From an uncultured Roseivirgaceae bacterium (lineage in GTDB: Bacteria > Bacteroidota > Bacteroidia > Cytophagales > Cyclobacteriaceae): 64,000 nt of DNA. Of the stretch, positions 53,868 to 62,823 are shown piece by piece. The first letter of the stretch is position 1, and every line of letters starts with the position of its first letter. The DNA lies in assembly GCA_964653795.1 (NCBI GenBank), contig CAZZHO010000001.1, positions 22,426 through 86,425 of the forward strand, in the 5' to 3' direction. The notes under the pieces were generated by a model. That model was not told the DNA's origin. It was given only the letters and a program-made list of their open reading frames with translations, and did no database searches. The translations under genes and the position numbers were made by a program.

Positions 53868-55156
53868 GAGGTCAGATTCTGACTGTGTTTTAAGATCTTC
53901 TCTTTTAATTCTTTAGGCTTAAATGGCTTGGAGATAAAGTCATTCATGCCTGCGTTCGTGACATCCACGTGAAGGTTCGAGATAGTGTCAGCGGAAATCC
54001 CAATAATGGGAGTTGAATTCATGTTGATTTTCGTTCTTACCATCTTAGTGAATTCATAGCCATCCATTCGAGGCATCTGAAGGTCCAGAAGTACGAGATC
54101 AAAGTGATCATTACTGATCATGTCAAGGGCGTGATCTCCATCTTCAGCTAGATCGTAGCTTATTTCCCATTTTTCAAGAAATTGCCCAATCATGATGCGA
54201 TTCATTTCATTGTCATCTACAACAAGAATTTTCAGGTCACTAGGAATACCATCTTCCCTAATTGCATTTCTGCTTTCTCGGAAAGCCGAACTTTTGGCTA
54301 GACTTACTCTAAACGAAAGAACATTTCTACCACTCTCTTTTTTTGAAATCCATTGTCCTTTGAGTGATTTTACAATTGACTTTGCAATAGCAACAGGCAA
54401 TTCTTCTCCATCAAAATGACTTTCTTTCCTTTTGCTTACCTGATCTGTGTCGAGTAGCAAACTGTCGCTCTTATCCTCACTTCCTTCATAAGCGACACTG
54501 AATTCCACTTCTTCATTCAAATCAGCGTTCCGTACTGGTTTCGCACTCAGAATTACCTCATTTTCAGAGTTTCTTATACCGTGATTTAGCAGGTTTCTAA
54601 GAGTTTGCTTTATCCTCTTGTCATCCCCGGATACGTTGGCGGGTAAGAAAGGATCTATATCTGCAGAAACCTTGACATGGTTTTTATAGGCATTTTCTTT
54701 TGCTTCCTCTATTAGCTCCAACAAAAGAGCTTGTAGGTCAAACTCTACTTTAATTATCTCCAGTTTGGAGGATTTAGCCAGGTCATGATCTAATAGGTCC
54801 TCTAGTAGTTGGATCAAACTGCTTATGGACTTTTCCATACTTCTTGCGTGAGACTTGCTTTCCTCGAGCGTCTTCGCATCTTGTATCAGGTGATTGGTCC
54901 CTGCAATAGCGGTGAGGGGAGTCCTGATTTCGTGGCTCATGATAGACAGAAAATCTTCTCTCGATTTCCTGGGCTTAGACATCAATTCTTTCTTTTGATC
55001 AGGCTTTTCCTCCTCATTTTTTGATGTGGCGCCCGATCTTCTACTTTGTGTAGTTTGTTGAAATACACCAACAAACAGGCCACTAAAAACTGAAAAAATC
55101 AGGAGGTAGAGCCCTTTAAAGGCTGTGGTGAATTCTGTCGCGAGTAGTTTGAGCAT
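53864..55156 (-). CDS. Hybrid histidine kinase / response regulator with a degenerate ATP-binding domain
   Basis: One TM helix, H-box SHEIRTPL, N-box-like LRNLLNHGIRNS, and a C-terminal REC domain (ILVVDDNEMN...LLDLQMP). No DxGxG or GxGxG boxes are visible. Confidence 0.8.
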   Translation of the reverse strand: MLKLLATEFTTAFKGLYLLIFSVFSGLFVGVFQQTTQSRRSGATSKNEEEKPDQKKELMSKPRKSREDFLSIMSHEIRTPLTAIAGTNHLIQDAKTLEESKSHARSMEKSISSLIQLLEDLLDHDLAKSSKLEIIKVEFDLQALLLELIEEAKENAYKNHVKVSADIDPFLPANVSGDDKRIKQTLRNLLNHGIRNSENEVILSAKPVRNADLNEEVEFSVAYEGSEDKSDSLLLDTDQVSKRKESHFDGEELPVAIAKSIVKSLKGQWISKKESGRNVLSFRVSLAKSSAFRESRNAIREDGIPSDLKILVVDDNEMNRIMIGQFLEKWEISYDLAEDGDHALDMISNDHFDLVLLDLQMPRMDGYEFTKMVRTKINMNSTPIIGISADTISNLHVDVTNAGMNDFISKPFKPKELKEKILKHSQNLTS

Positions 55157-55249
55157 TGTTTGTCAAACAATTCTAAATCAAGAATTCTAAGCGTTCCAAA
55201 ACTTTTCGACCATTTGGCCAAAAGCTACGATAGATGGGTTTAAAGAGTC

Positions 55250-55852
55250 TTATCTGCTGTAAACAAGGATATATTGCTTCAGCTTTTCCATGGAGAGTGG
55301 GACATCTGTGATTTCATTTTTTTTGAGAATCTGCCCAGAAATGGAGTCTTCTTGCAAATCGATCAATATGTGGTCTTTCAAGCTCAAATTGCGCTTACCA
55401 TACCGCTTGTATATGGCCTCCTTAGCGGCCCAGATGGTGCATAGTGCGGTAAGGTCGCCTCGGTATTTACTTTCGGCAGGATTCAGGAATTTGTCCTGAA
55501 TACGCTGCATTTTTTGTCGAGGCCATTCCACGTCAATACCACAAGGTTTGGAGGTGTGCAACATGGCCGATGCCACTGGAAAGGAATGAGAAAGGGATAT
55601 CTGTGCCTTGGAGTCAATGAGAAATGGTTTTCCATTTTCATCCTTCTTGATTCCATGGTAACCAATACCAAATTTCTGACATAAGAGCTTTATCAGTATT
55701 CGAGTTGCTAGCCATTCGCCGATTTTATTCCTGTGATAGTCCTGGCTAGCCTCTTCATCATGAAGTGCTTGTAACTGACTATTTGTTTCTGAAATTTTCC
55801 ACACAGCATATGCTGCGCTCTCGTCTATTTTCTTTGAAAGTAGTAATGGCAT
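55250..55852 (-). CDS. 4'-phosphopantetheinyl transferase (Sfp type)
   Basis: ISLSHS, GIDVE and WAAKEAIYK motifs. 200 aa. Confidence 0.8.
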   Translation of the reverse strand: MPLLLSKKIDESAAYAVWKISETNSQLQALHDEEASQDYHRNKIGEWLATRILIKLLCQKFGIGYHGIKKDENGKPFLIDSKAQISLSHSFPVASAMLHTSKPCGIDVEWPRQKMQRIQDKFLNPAESKYRGDLTALCTIWAAKEAIYKRYGKRNLSLKDHILIDLQEDSISGQILKKNEITDVPLSMEKLKQYILVYSR

Positions 55853-55881
55853 TTACCCAACAGGAATCGGAAGCAATGTAA

Positions 55882-55889
55882 TAATTTTG
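55882..55889 (+). promoter_or_regulatory. Bacteroidota-type -7 promoter box TAATTTTG
   Basis: Exact TAnnTTTG match. It overlaps the ORF-track TTG start (55887) of the WD40 gene. Confidence 0.3.
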
Positions 55890-56801
55890 CCTCTCAAGCA
55901 GTTGAGAGTGGTTGAAGTAAATAAAGAACACACGCTTACAGGGCATAAAGATTCACTGTATACCATAGCCGTACAGAGCGATTCCAAACTTCTTTCCGCT
56001 GGAGGTGACGGAGCGGTTGTTAGCTGGGATTTAAGCACACCAGACCAGGGGAGAGTTGTGGCGAAAGTTGATTCATCGATTTACGCGATACATGCTGAAG
56101 ACAATGAATTAATAATAGCGCAAAATTTCGAAGGAATCCACCTTGTGAATACAGAGGGAAAGGCCGTCACAAACTCTCTGAAACTCACTGACAAATCCAT
56201 TTTTGATGTTAAAAAGATACTAGGTAATTACTGGCTGGTTACTGGCGGAGGAGAGGTGTTAGTAGTGGATGAAAGTATGAGGATACTTTACCGACAACAA
56301 CATTCCCAAGAAAATGGCAGATGCATCCAATATATTCAGGAAAGAGAAGAAGTTGCTGTGGGATTTAGCGATAACACAATAAAAATATTTGATGCTAAGT
56401 TATTCGAACGGCGATGGGAGTTTGATGCCCACGGGAACTCTGTATTCGGATTAGCCCTTACATCTGATAGTAAGTTTTTGTTGAGTTGTGGTAGAGATGC
56501 TAGGTTCAAAGTCTGGAATACCGATAATTACACACTTGAAACGGAGGTGGTGGCACATATGTATGCCGTGAATTCTTTGGATTTCAGCCCCAGTGGTCAA
56601 TATTTCGTAACTTGTAGCATGGATAAGTCGGTTAAAGTATGGGAAACTGCAACTTTCCGATTGTTAAAAGTGATAGACAAAGCTAGACACGCAGGTCACG
56701 GAACCTCCGTTAATAAGGTCAAATGGATGTCAGAAAATAGAATTGCATCATGCAGTGATGACAGAACAGTTTCGATTTGGTCCGTGAAAATTTCCATCTA
56801 A
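55887..56801 (+). CDS. WD40-repeat protein
   Basis: Repeated GH...WD-type units (LTGHKDSLYT...VVSWD, AHGNSVFGL...FKVWN, AHMYAVNSL...VKVWE, GHGTSVNKV...VSIWS). The start is uncertain (TTG 55887, TTG 55902 or GTG 55908). Confidence 0.8.
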   Translation: MPLKQLRVVEVNKEHTLTGHKDSLYTIAVQSDSKLLSAGGDGAVVSWDLSTPDQGRVVAKVDSSIYAIHAEDNELIIAQNFEGIHLVNTEGKAVTNSLKLTDKSIFDVKKILGNYWLVTGGGEVLVVDESMRILYRQQHSQENGRCIQYIQEREEVAVGFSDNTIKIFDAKLFERRWEFDAHGNSVFGLALTSDSKFLLSCGRDARFKVWNTDNYTLETEVVAHMYAVNSLDFSPSGQYFVTCSMDKSVKVWETATFRLLKVIDKARHAGHGTSVNKVKWMSENRIASCSDDRTVSIWSVKISI

Positions 56802-56802
56802 T

Positions 56803-57711
56803 ATGAGGATTACTCCATTAGAGATAAGGCAAAAGGATTTTGAGAAGAAACTCCGAGGTTATGATAAGGATGAGGTAAATGCCTTTTTACAATCACTATC
56901 CAATGAGTGGGAACGGATACTTGATGAAAACAAGGAGACCAAAATCAGGCTTGATCAAGCTGAGAAGGAAGTTCAAAAACTGAGAGAAGTTGAGAATTCA
57001 TTATTCAAGACTTTAAAAACAGCAGAGGATACAGGCGCAAATCTTATTGATCAGGCCAACAAAGCAGCCGAACTGCATATGAAAGAAACAGATATGCAAG
57101 CAGAAGCGCTCTTAAGCGAGTCTAAGTCCAAGGCTAGAGGAATATTAGAAAGGGCAGAACTTCAGGCAAAGGAGATGATTGAGGAAATGCAGGAAGCCCT
57201 GAAAGATCTGGAAAAAAACTATAGAAGCTTAGAAAATCAGCGAGATAACTTGCTGGCAGAGCTTAAAATATTGTCCTCAGATATAATGGAGAGGCTAGAT
57301 CGTACTAACCGACAAAATACTCCTTTCAAGGTGGAAGACCATATGAAGAGAGTCAGGGACATGGTGCGTGAGTCGGAGCAGCGAATCAACGAGCAAAAGC
57401 TGGAGGGAGTTGATGAAAAGACCCTAAATAAGATTCCGGAAATTAACCCCAAGGATGAAAATAGTTTGAATCAGCTTCAGGATTTCATAAGCAGTAAGAC
57501 AGAACCGAAGGAATCAGAGAAAAGCGTTGTAGAACCCGTAAAATCAACGGATTTAATAGATAAACCAGTCTCAAAGGAGCAACCGAAAAGAATAAAAAGG
57601 ATCCAGAACGGGGTGACTCGATCATCTGAACACGCTCCGAAAAAGCCAGGTCCTGCTAAACGGGCTAATTCTTCTGATGAGGAAGAAGGTAGTTTCTTTG
57701 ACTCTTTGTAA
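56803..57711 (+). CDS. DivIVA-domain protein with a coiled coil and a disordered C-terminal tail
   Basis: N-terminal MRITPLEIRQKDFEKKLRGYDKDEVNAFL signature. Confidence 0.85.
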   Translation: MRITPLEIRQKDFEKKLRGYDKDEVNAFLQSLSNEWERILDENKETKIRLDQAEKEVQKLREVENSLFKTLKTAEDTGANLIDQANKAAELHMKETDMQAEALLSESKSKARGILERAELQAKEMIEEMQEALKDLEKNYRSLENQRDNLLAELKILSSDIMERLDRTNRQNTPFKVEDHMKRVRDMVRESEQRINEQKLEGVDEKTLNKIPEINPKDENSLNQLQDFISSKTEPKESEKSVVEPVKSTDLIDKPVSKEQPKRIKRIQNGVTRSSEHAPKKPGPAKRANSSDEEEGSFFDSL

Positions 57712-57726
57712 TTCATAATTTGAAAT

Positions 57727-58074
57727 ATGGGTGTTATTCGACTGGAGGGAATAGAATTCTGGGCCTACCACGGAGTTTATGAATCTGAGAAAAAGAAAGG
57801 AAACAAATTTGAAGTAGATATTGCGGTACATTATCCCTTTGAATCTGAACTAAATGACGAGCTAAGTAATACAATCAACTATGAGCGTATTTACGAATTG
57901 GTAAGTGCGGTGATGGCCGAATCTAGTAATCTGATTGAACAGGTTGCCGTTGATATTGCCAGGAAAGTGCAGGATGCTTTTAAAGACTTAGAAAAAGTTA
58001 GCGTTAAGGTATCTAAGTTCAATCCACCCATAGCTGGAGAGGTTCGCTGTGCTAGTGCTGAGGTAGAACTATAA
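57727..58074 (+). CDS. folB: Dihydroneopterin aldolase
   Basis: 115 aa, with IEFWAYHGVYESEKKKGNKFEVD typical of the FolB tunnelling fold. Confidence 0.85.
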   Translation: MGVIRLEGIEFWAYHGVYESEKKKGNKFEVDIAVHYPFESELNDELSNTINYERIYELVSAVMAESSNLIEQVAVDIARKVQDAFKDLEKVSVKVSKFNPPIAGEVRCASAEVEL

Positions 58075-58425
58075 ATCAGTAAAATGGAATCCTCTGGCGT
58101 CTGAGCCTTCGTAAAACTCGATCCTTTTGCCCATAATAAACATCAGTTCCCTTTTTTGTATCAGCACTGGAATAGATTGAATCTCAAGCTTTAGATCATC
58201 TTCTTTATCCTTATCAAACCCCAATGTCAGCTGCACACCAGCACAACCTTGACCACCTTTCACCGTTACCCTCAGCTTGTAGTCTTGAGGGATATTTTTA
58301 GTTTTGAATATTCCTTTAATTTCTGATGCGGCCTGAGGAGTAATCTCTATTGGAGCTTCTTCTGGATTTGCGATCATATTGAAGTTTTGGAACTCTTTAA
58401 AATACAAAAGAAGCAACCTTATCAT
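58069..58425 (-). CDS. HesB/IscA-like protein lacking the C-terminal Cys pair
   Basis: IscA-like core ...LRVTVKGGQGCAGVQLTLGFD..., but the C-terminus reads EGSDARGFHFTDL instead of CGCGxSF. The likely start is MIANPEE at 58377. Confidence 0.6.
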   Translation of the reverse strand: MIRLLLLYFKEFQNFNMIANPEEAPIEITPQAASEIKGIFKTKNIPQDYKLRVTVKGGQGCAGVQLTLGFDKDKEDDLKLEIQSIPVLIQKRELMFIMGKRIEFYEGSDARGFHFTDL

Positions 58426-58430
58426 CTAAA

Positions 58431-58952
58431 ATGGACGATTTCGTAGAATTAATTAAAATATTGGGTCCAGCAGGCTTGGTCCTTTACCTCGCTTTCCTTC
58501 TGGTAAGATCATTTCTCCAAAAACAACTTGGGGAGATTCAATTGCAAGTATCTCAGAAAAATCAGGAGGTAGTTTTACCAATCAGATTACAGGCATATGA
58601 ACGAATCTGCTTATTACTTGAAAGGGTTTCGGTCAATAATTTGGTTACCCGCTTAAACAATTCTGAGTATACAGCAAAGCAGCTCCAAAACGTTTTAGTA
58701 TCTGAAATAAGGGAAGAGTTTAATCATAATCTGTCCCAACAGGTATATATGTCAGATGAAGCTTGGTCTAAAGTTTCAAATGCCATCGAAAGCAATGTTT
58801 CTTTGATCAATGAGGCAGGAGAAAGTATGACGGCCGAAGACCATTCCCTCAGCTTGGCTAAGAAGATTTTTGAGTTGGATATGGCCAAAGAGAGTGATCC
58901 AATTCAATCAGCATTATTTTTCGTCAAAGATGAAATAAGAAGTGTTTTTTGA
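58431..58952 (+). CDS. Hypothetical protein with an N-terminal TM helix
   Basis: 173-aa ORF. No family recognised. Confidence 0.55.
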   Translation: MDDFVELIKILGPAGLVLYLAFLLVRSFLQKQLGEIQLQVSQKNQEVVLPIRLQAYERICLLLERVSVNNLVTRLNNSEYTAKQLQNVLVSEIREEFNHNLSQQVYMSDEAWSKVSNAIESNVSLINEAGESMTAEDHSLSLAKKIFELDMAKESDPIQSALFFVKDEIRSVF

Positions 58953-59042
58953 TATGCTCCAGAGCAATAATCTGCAACTTCAAAGCATTAAAAAGATTGT
59001 ATTTCAGCGTCTGAAAGATCACACTTTAATTACCCATAGCTT

Positions 59043-59495
59043 TTGAGATTAATCCTGCAACGAGTTAGCCATGCTTCGGTCCAAGTGAATGCCGAAACTT
59101 TAGGGGATATAGATGCTGGTTTTCTGGTATTGCTTGGAGTAGAGGAAGTTGACGATATGACCGATATTGAATGGCTCACTTCCAAGATTGTCAACATGAG
59201 GGTATTTCCGGATGAAGAGGGTAGGATGAACCTTAGTGCGCTGGATTCAGGCTGTGAGTTCCTGGTTATTAGCCAGTTTACACTTTATGCCAGCACTAAA
59301 AAAGGTAATCGCCCTTCTTTCATACGGTCAGCAAGCCCAGAGCATGCAAAAAAAATGTACAATAGTTTTGTTGATTTACTAAGAACAAAAACCTCAGAAA
59401 AAGTGGCCACAGGTGAATTTGGAGCTGATATGAAAGTGTCTCTGGTGAATGATGGTCCTGTCACGATCCACATAGATTCTCGCAACCGGGAATGA
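59043..59495 (+). CDS. dtd: D-aminoacyl-tRNA deacylase
   Basis: (M)RLILQRV N-terminus and SQFTLYA, NDGPVT motifs. The TTG start is supported by the conserved N-terminus. Confidence 0.92.
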   Translation: MRLILQRVSHASVQVNAETLGDIDAGFLVLLGVEEVDDMTDIEWLTSKIVNMRVFPDEEGRMNLSALDSGCEFLVISQFTLYASTKKGNRPSFIRSASPEHAKKMYNSFVDLLRTKTSEKVATGEFGADMKVSLVNDGPVTIHIDSRNRE

Positions 59496-59521
59496 CCATG
59501 AAAGAATGTGAATGCTATTGC

Positions 59522-59529
59522 TATTTTTG
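59522..59529 (+). promoter_or_regulatory. Bacteroidota-type -7 promoter box TATTTTTG
   Basis: Exact TAnnTTTG match, 24 nt upstream of the lepA ATG. Confidence 0.4.
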
Positions 59530-59552
59530 CACCTCTTTTTGGTAGGAGATAG

Positions 59553-61343
59553 ATGGATCACATTCGGAATTTTTGCATAATCGCCCACATTGATCACGGT
59601 AAGAGCACGCTAGCTGATAGGCTATTGGAAGCTACCCAAACCGTTACCCAGCGGGAAATGCAAGCCCAATTGTTGGACAATATGGACCTGGAGAGGGAGC
59701 GTGGTATTACGATCAAAAGTCACGCAATCCAGATGAACTATACATCTGAAAATGGGGAGTTCGTTCTCAATCTGATTGATACCCCTGGTCATGTGGATTT
59801 CTCGTATGAAGTCAGTAGATCTATTGCAGCTTGTGAAGGAGCGTTACTGGTAGTTGATGCCGCCCAAGGTATTGAAGCACAAACCATCTCAAATCTGTAT
59901 CTGGCGCTTGAGCATGATTTAGAGATAATACCGGTTCTGAATAAAATTGACCTTCCCGGAGCCATGCCAGATGAAGTCAGCGACCAGATCATTGACTTGA
60001 TAGGTTGCGATAAAGAGGATATTATCCATGCTAGTGCCAAAGAAGGAATAGGGATTCAGGACATACTTGAGGCGGTAGTAGAAAGAATTCCTGCCCCTGA
60101 AGGAGATGTTGACGGGGAATTGCAGGCCATGATTTTTGACTCTGTATTCAATTCTTATCGAGGAATAGAGGTTTATTTCCGGGTATTCAATGGTCAAATG
60201 AAAAAGGGTGACAAAGTGAAATTTGTCAATACTGGTAAGACTTATGACGCTGATGAAATAGGCGTTTTGAGGCTAGACCATGAGCCTCAGCAGGTCATTT
60301 CTACAGGTAATGTTGGATATCTGATTTCGGGTATAAAGGTGGCAAAAGAGGTGAAAGTAGGGGATACGATCACTCATGTTGATCGGCCAACGCAACTGGC
60401 GGTAAAGGGCTTTGAAGACGTAAAACCCATGGTTTTTGCTGGTATTTATCCAGTTGAAACAAGTGAATTCGAAGAGTTGAGGGCTTCTATGGAAAAGCTA
60501 CAACTCAATGATGCCTCCTTAGTATGGGAGCCAGAAACCTCCGCTGCACTTGGGTTCGGCTTTCGATGTGGTTTCCTGGGTATGCTCCATATGGAAATAA
60601 TCCAGGAACGCCTGGAGAGGGAGTTTGACATGACCGTTATCACCACAGTTCCATCAGTAAAATTCCATGCGGTTGATACCCAAGGAGAAATTATTCAGGT
60701 AAGTGCCCCTTCAGAGATGCCTGAGCCCAATACTATTTCACATATTGAAGAGCCATTTATCAAGGCGCAGATCATTTCCAAAGCTGAATACATAGGTCCG
60801 ATCATTGCCTTATGTATGGATAAAAGGGGTGAGATCAAGAATCAGGTTTATCTAACGAGTGATAGGGTAGAATTAACTTTTGATTTACCCCTTTCGGAAA
60901 TAGTTTTTGACTTTTTTGACAGGCTAAAAACAATCTCTAGAGGATATGCATCCTTGGACTATGAGCTTGCAGGATATCGTCAATCGACCATGGTCAAGTT
61001 GGACATCATGCTAAATGGTGAGAAAGTAGATGCGCTCTCAGCCATAGTCCACAGAGATAAAGCATATGAATGGGGTAAGCGGCTTTGTGAGAAATTACGA
61101 GAGTTACTTCCTAGACAGATGTTTGAGATAGCCATCCAGGCTAGTATCGGTACCAAAATTATTGCCAGGGAGACTGTGAAGGCACTTCGTAAGAATGTTA
61201 TTGCAAAATGCTATGGCGGAGATATATCAAGAAAAAGAAAGCTATTAGAAAAGCAGAAAAAAGGAAAGAAAAGAATGCGTCAGGTGGGTAGCGTTGAGAT
61301 TCCTCAGGAAGCTTTTATGGCAGTATTGAAATTAGACAGCTAG
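59553..61343 (+). CDS. lepA: Translation elongation factor 4
   Basis: [21 protein letters not shown]1 motif, DTPGH, NKID, and the LepA-specific C-terminal domain. 596 aa. Confidence 0.97.
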   Translation: MDHIRNFCIIAHIDHGKSTLADRLLEATQTVTQREMQAQLLDNMDLERERGITIKSHAIQMNYTSENGEFVLNLIDTPGHVDFSYEVSRSIAACEGALLVVDAAQGIEAQTISNLYLALEHDLEIIPVLNKIDLPGAMPDEVSDQIIDLIGCDKEDIIHASAKEGIGIQDILEAVVERIPAPEGDVDGELQAMIFDSVFNSYRGIEVYFRVFNGQMKKGDKVKFVNTGKTYDADEIGVLRLDHEPQQVISTGNVGYLISGIKVAKEVKVGDTITHVDRPTQLAVKGFEDVKPMVFAGIYPVETSEFEELRASMEKLQLNDASLVWEPETSAALGFGFRCGFLGMLHMEIIQERLEREFDMTVITTVPSVKFHAVDTQGEIIQVSAPSEMPEPNTISHIEEPFIKAQIISKAEYIGPIIALCMDKRGEIKNQVYLTSDRVELTFDLPLSEIVFDFFDRLKTISRGYASLDYELAGYRQSTMVKLDIMLNGEKVDALSAIVHRDKAYEWGKRLCEKLRELLPRQMFEIAIQASIGTKIIARETVKALRKNVIAKCYGGDISRKRKLLEKQKKGKKRMRQVGSVEIPQEAFMAVLKLDS

Positions 61344-61346
61344 ATC

Positions 61347-62216
61347 ATGGCGAAACTATTGGACGGAAAGGCAGTAGCCTCACAAATTAAAAAAGAGATA
61401 GAGGTTAAGGTTAGGCTCTTGAAAGAGGATGGCAAACGTGCCCCTCATTTGGCTATTATTTTGGTTGGGGATGACGCAGCTAGCCATACCTATGTGGGAG
61501 GTAAGATCAAAGCATGCAAAGAAGTTGGTTTCGACTACACGTTGCTACAATTTGCAAACACTATTTCGGAAGAAAAGCTTGTTAAGCATATTCGCCAGTT
61601 GAATAAAGATGAAGATATCGATGGCTTCATTGTTCAGCTGCCTCTTCCGGATCACATATCAAACGAGATTATCATTGATGCTATAAGTCCTGCAAAGGAT
61701 GTAGATGGATTTACTAACCAAAACTTTGGTAGTATTCTTTCTGACAATCAACTTTTACTACCTGCGACACCTTTTGGGGTTATGGAGCTTTTGAGTCGCT
61801 ACAATGTTTCCCTTAAGGGTAAAAATGCCGTTGTTGTAGGCGCGAGCAGAATTGCAGGAGCACCTCTCAGCTTAATGCTACAACTAGAGGATGCGACTGT
61901 TACTGTTTGCAATAAATTCACAAATGACTTGAGCCTGCACACCAGAAATGCTGATGTGCTGATTGTGGCGGCTGGGAAACCAGGCTTGATTACATCCGAT
62001 ATGGTAAAAGACGGAGCAGTAGTTGTGGATGTTGGAACTACAAGAGTAAAAGACGAAAGTAGAAAAAGTGGCTATCGTCTTTCAGGGGATGTAGATTTTG
62101 AAAATGTACAGGCAAAAGTAAGTTACATCACACCGGTGCCTGGTGGCGTAGGGCCTATGACCATAGCGTCATTACTAGTCAATACTTTCAAGGCATATGA
62201 AAGCCTCCAGGGCTAA
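61347..62216 (+). CDS. folD: Bifunctional methylenetetrahydrofolate dehydrogenase / methenyl-THF cyclohydrolase
   Basis: MAKLLDGKAVA...YVGGKIKAC...VQLPLP...PGGVGPMT motifs. Confidence 0.95.
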   Translation: MAKLLDGKAVASQIKKEIEVKVRLLKEDGKRAPHLAIILVGDDAASHTYVGGKIKACKEVGFDYTLLQFANTISEEKLVKHIRQLNKDEDIDGFIVQLPLPDHISNEIIIDAISPAKDVDGFTNQNFGSILSDNQLLLPATPFGVMELLSRYNVSLKGKNAVVVGASRIAGAPLSLMLQLEDATVTVCNKFTNDLSLHTRNADVLIVAAGKPGLITSDMVKDGAVVVDVGTTRVKDESRKSGYRLSGDVDFENVQAKVSYITPVPGGVGPMTIASLLVNTFKAYESLQG

Positions 62217-62823
62217 GGGTTTCAATTCAGAGCTTCCGGTCATGGAGGCTTTCTACACATTACAAGGGGAGGGTTATCACGTAGGTACTCCAGCTTATTT
62301 TGTTAGGCTAGGAGGTTGTGATGTGGGCTGTCATTGGTGCGATGTGAAAGAGTCCTGGGAAGCTTCTGATCATCCTTCAAAGACGATAGATCAAATTGTT
62401 GAAGATAGTTTGGCTTCTGGATCTAAGAGAGTCGTCATAACAGGTGGTGAACCGCTAATGTATGATTTGACTGAACTAACCAACAAACTACAAGGAGCAG
62501 GAATCAAAACACACTTGGAAACGGCAGGAGTTTATCCTTTGACCGGTTCTTGGGATTGGATATGTTTTTCTCCTAAGAAGTTTAAAAAGCCTTTGGATGA
62601 ATACTACGAGGTTAGTCAGGAACTAAAAGTCATAGTCTTCAACAGGTCAGACTTTGATTGGGCAAAATTACATGGAGATAAGATGCATGAAGAGTGCAAA
62701 TTATTCGTTCAGCCAGAGTGGTCAAAAGAAAACGAGAACTTACCTGCCCTTATCCAATTCGTGAAAGAAAATCAGGATTGGCGAATATCTTTACAAACTC
62801 ACAAGTACATGAATATTCCTTGA
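62197..62823 (+). CDS. queE: 7-carboxy-7-deazaguanine synthase (radical SAM)
   Basis: LPVMEAFYTLQGEG N-terminus and the radical-SAM CDVGCHWC (CxxxCxxC) motif. It overlaps folD by 20 nt if the ATG at 62197 is used. Confidence 0.88.
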   Translation: MKASRAKGFNSELPVMEAFYTLQGEGYHVGTPAYFVRLGGCDVGCHWCDVKESWEASDHPSKTIDQIVEDSLASGSKRVVITGGEPLMYDLTELTNKLQGAGIKTHLETAGVYPLTGSWDWICFSPKKFKKPLDEYYEVSQELKVIVFNRSDFDWAKLHGDKMHEECKLFVQPEWSKENENLPALIQFVKENQDWRISLQTHKYMNIP

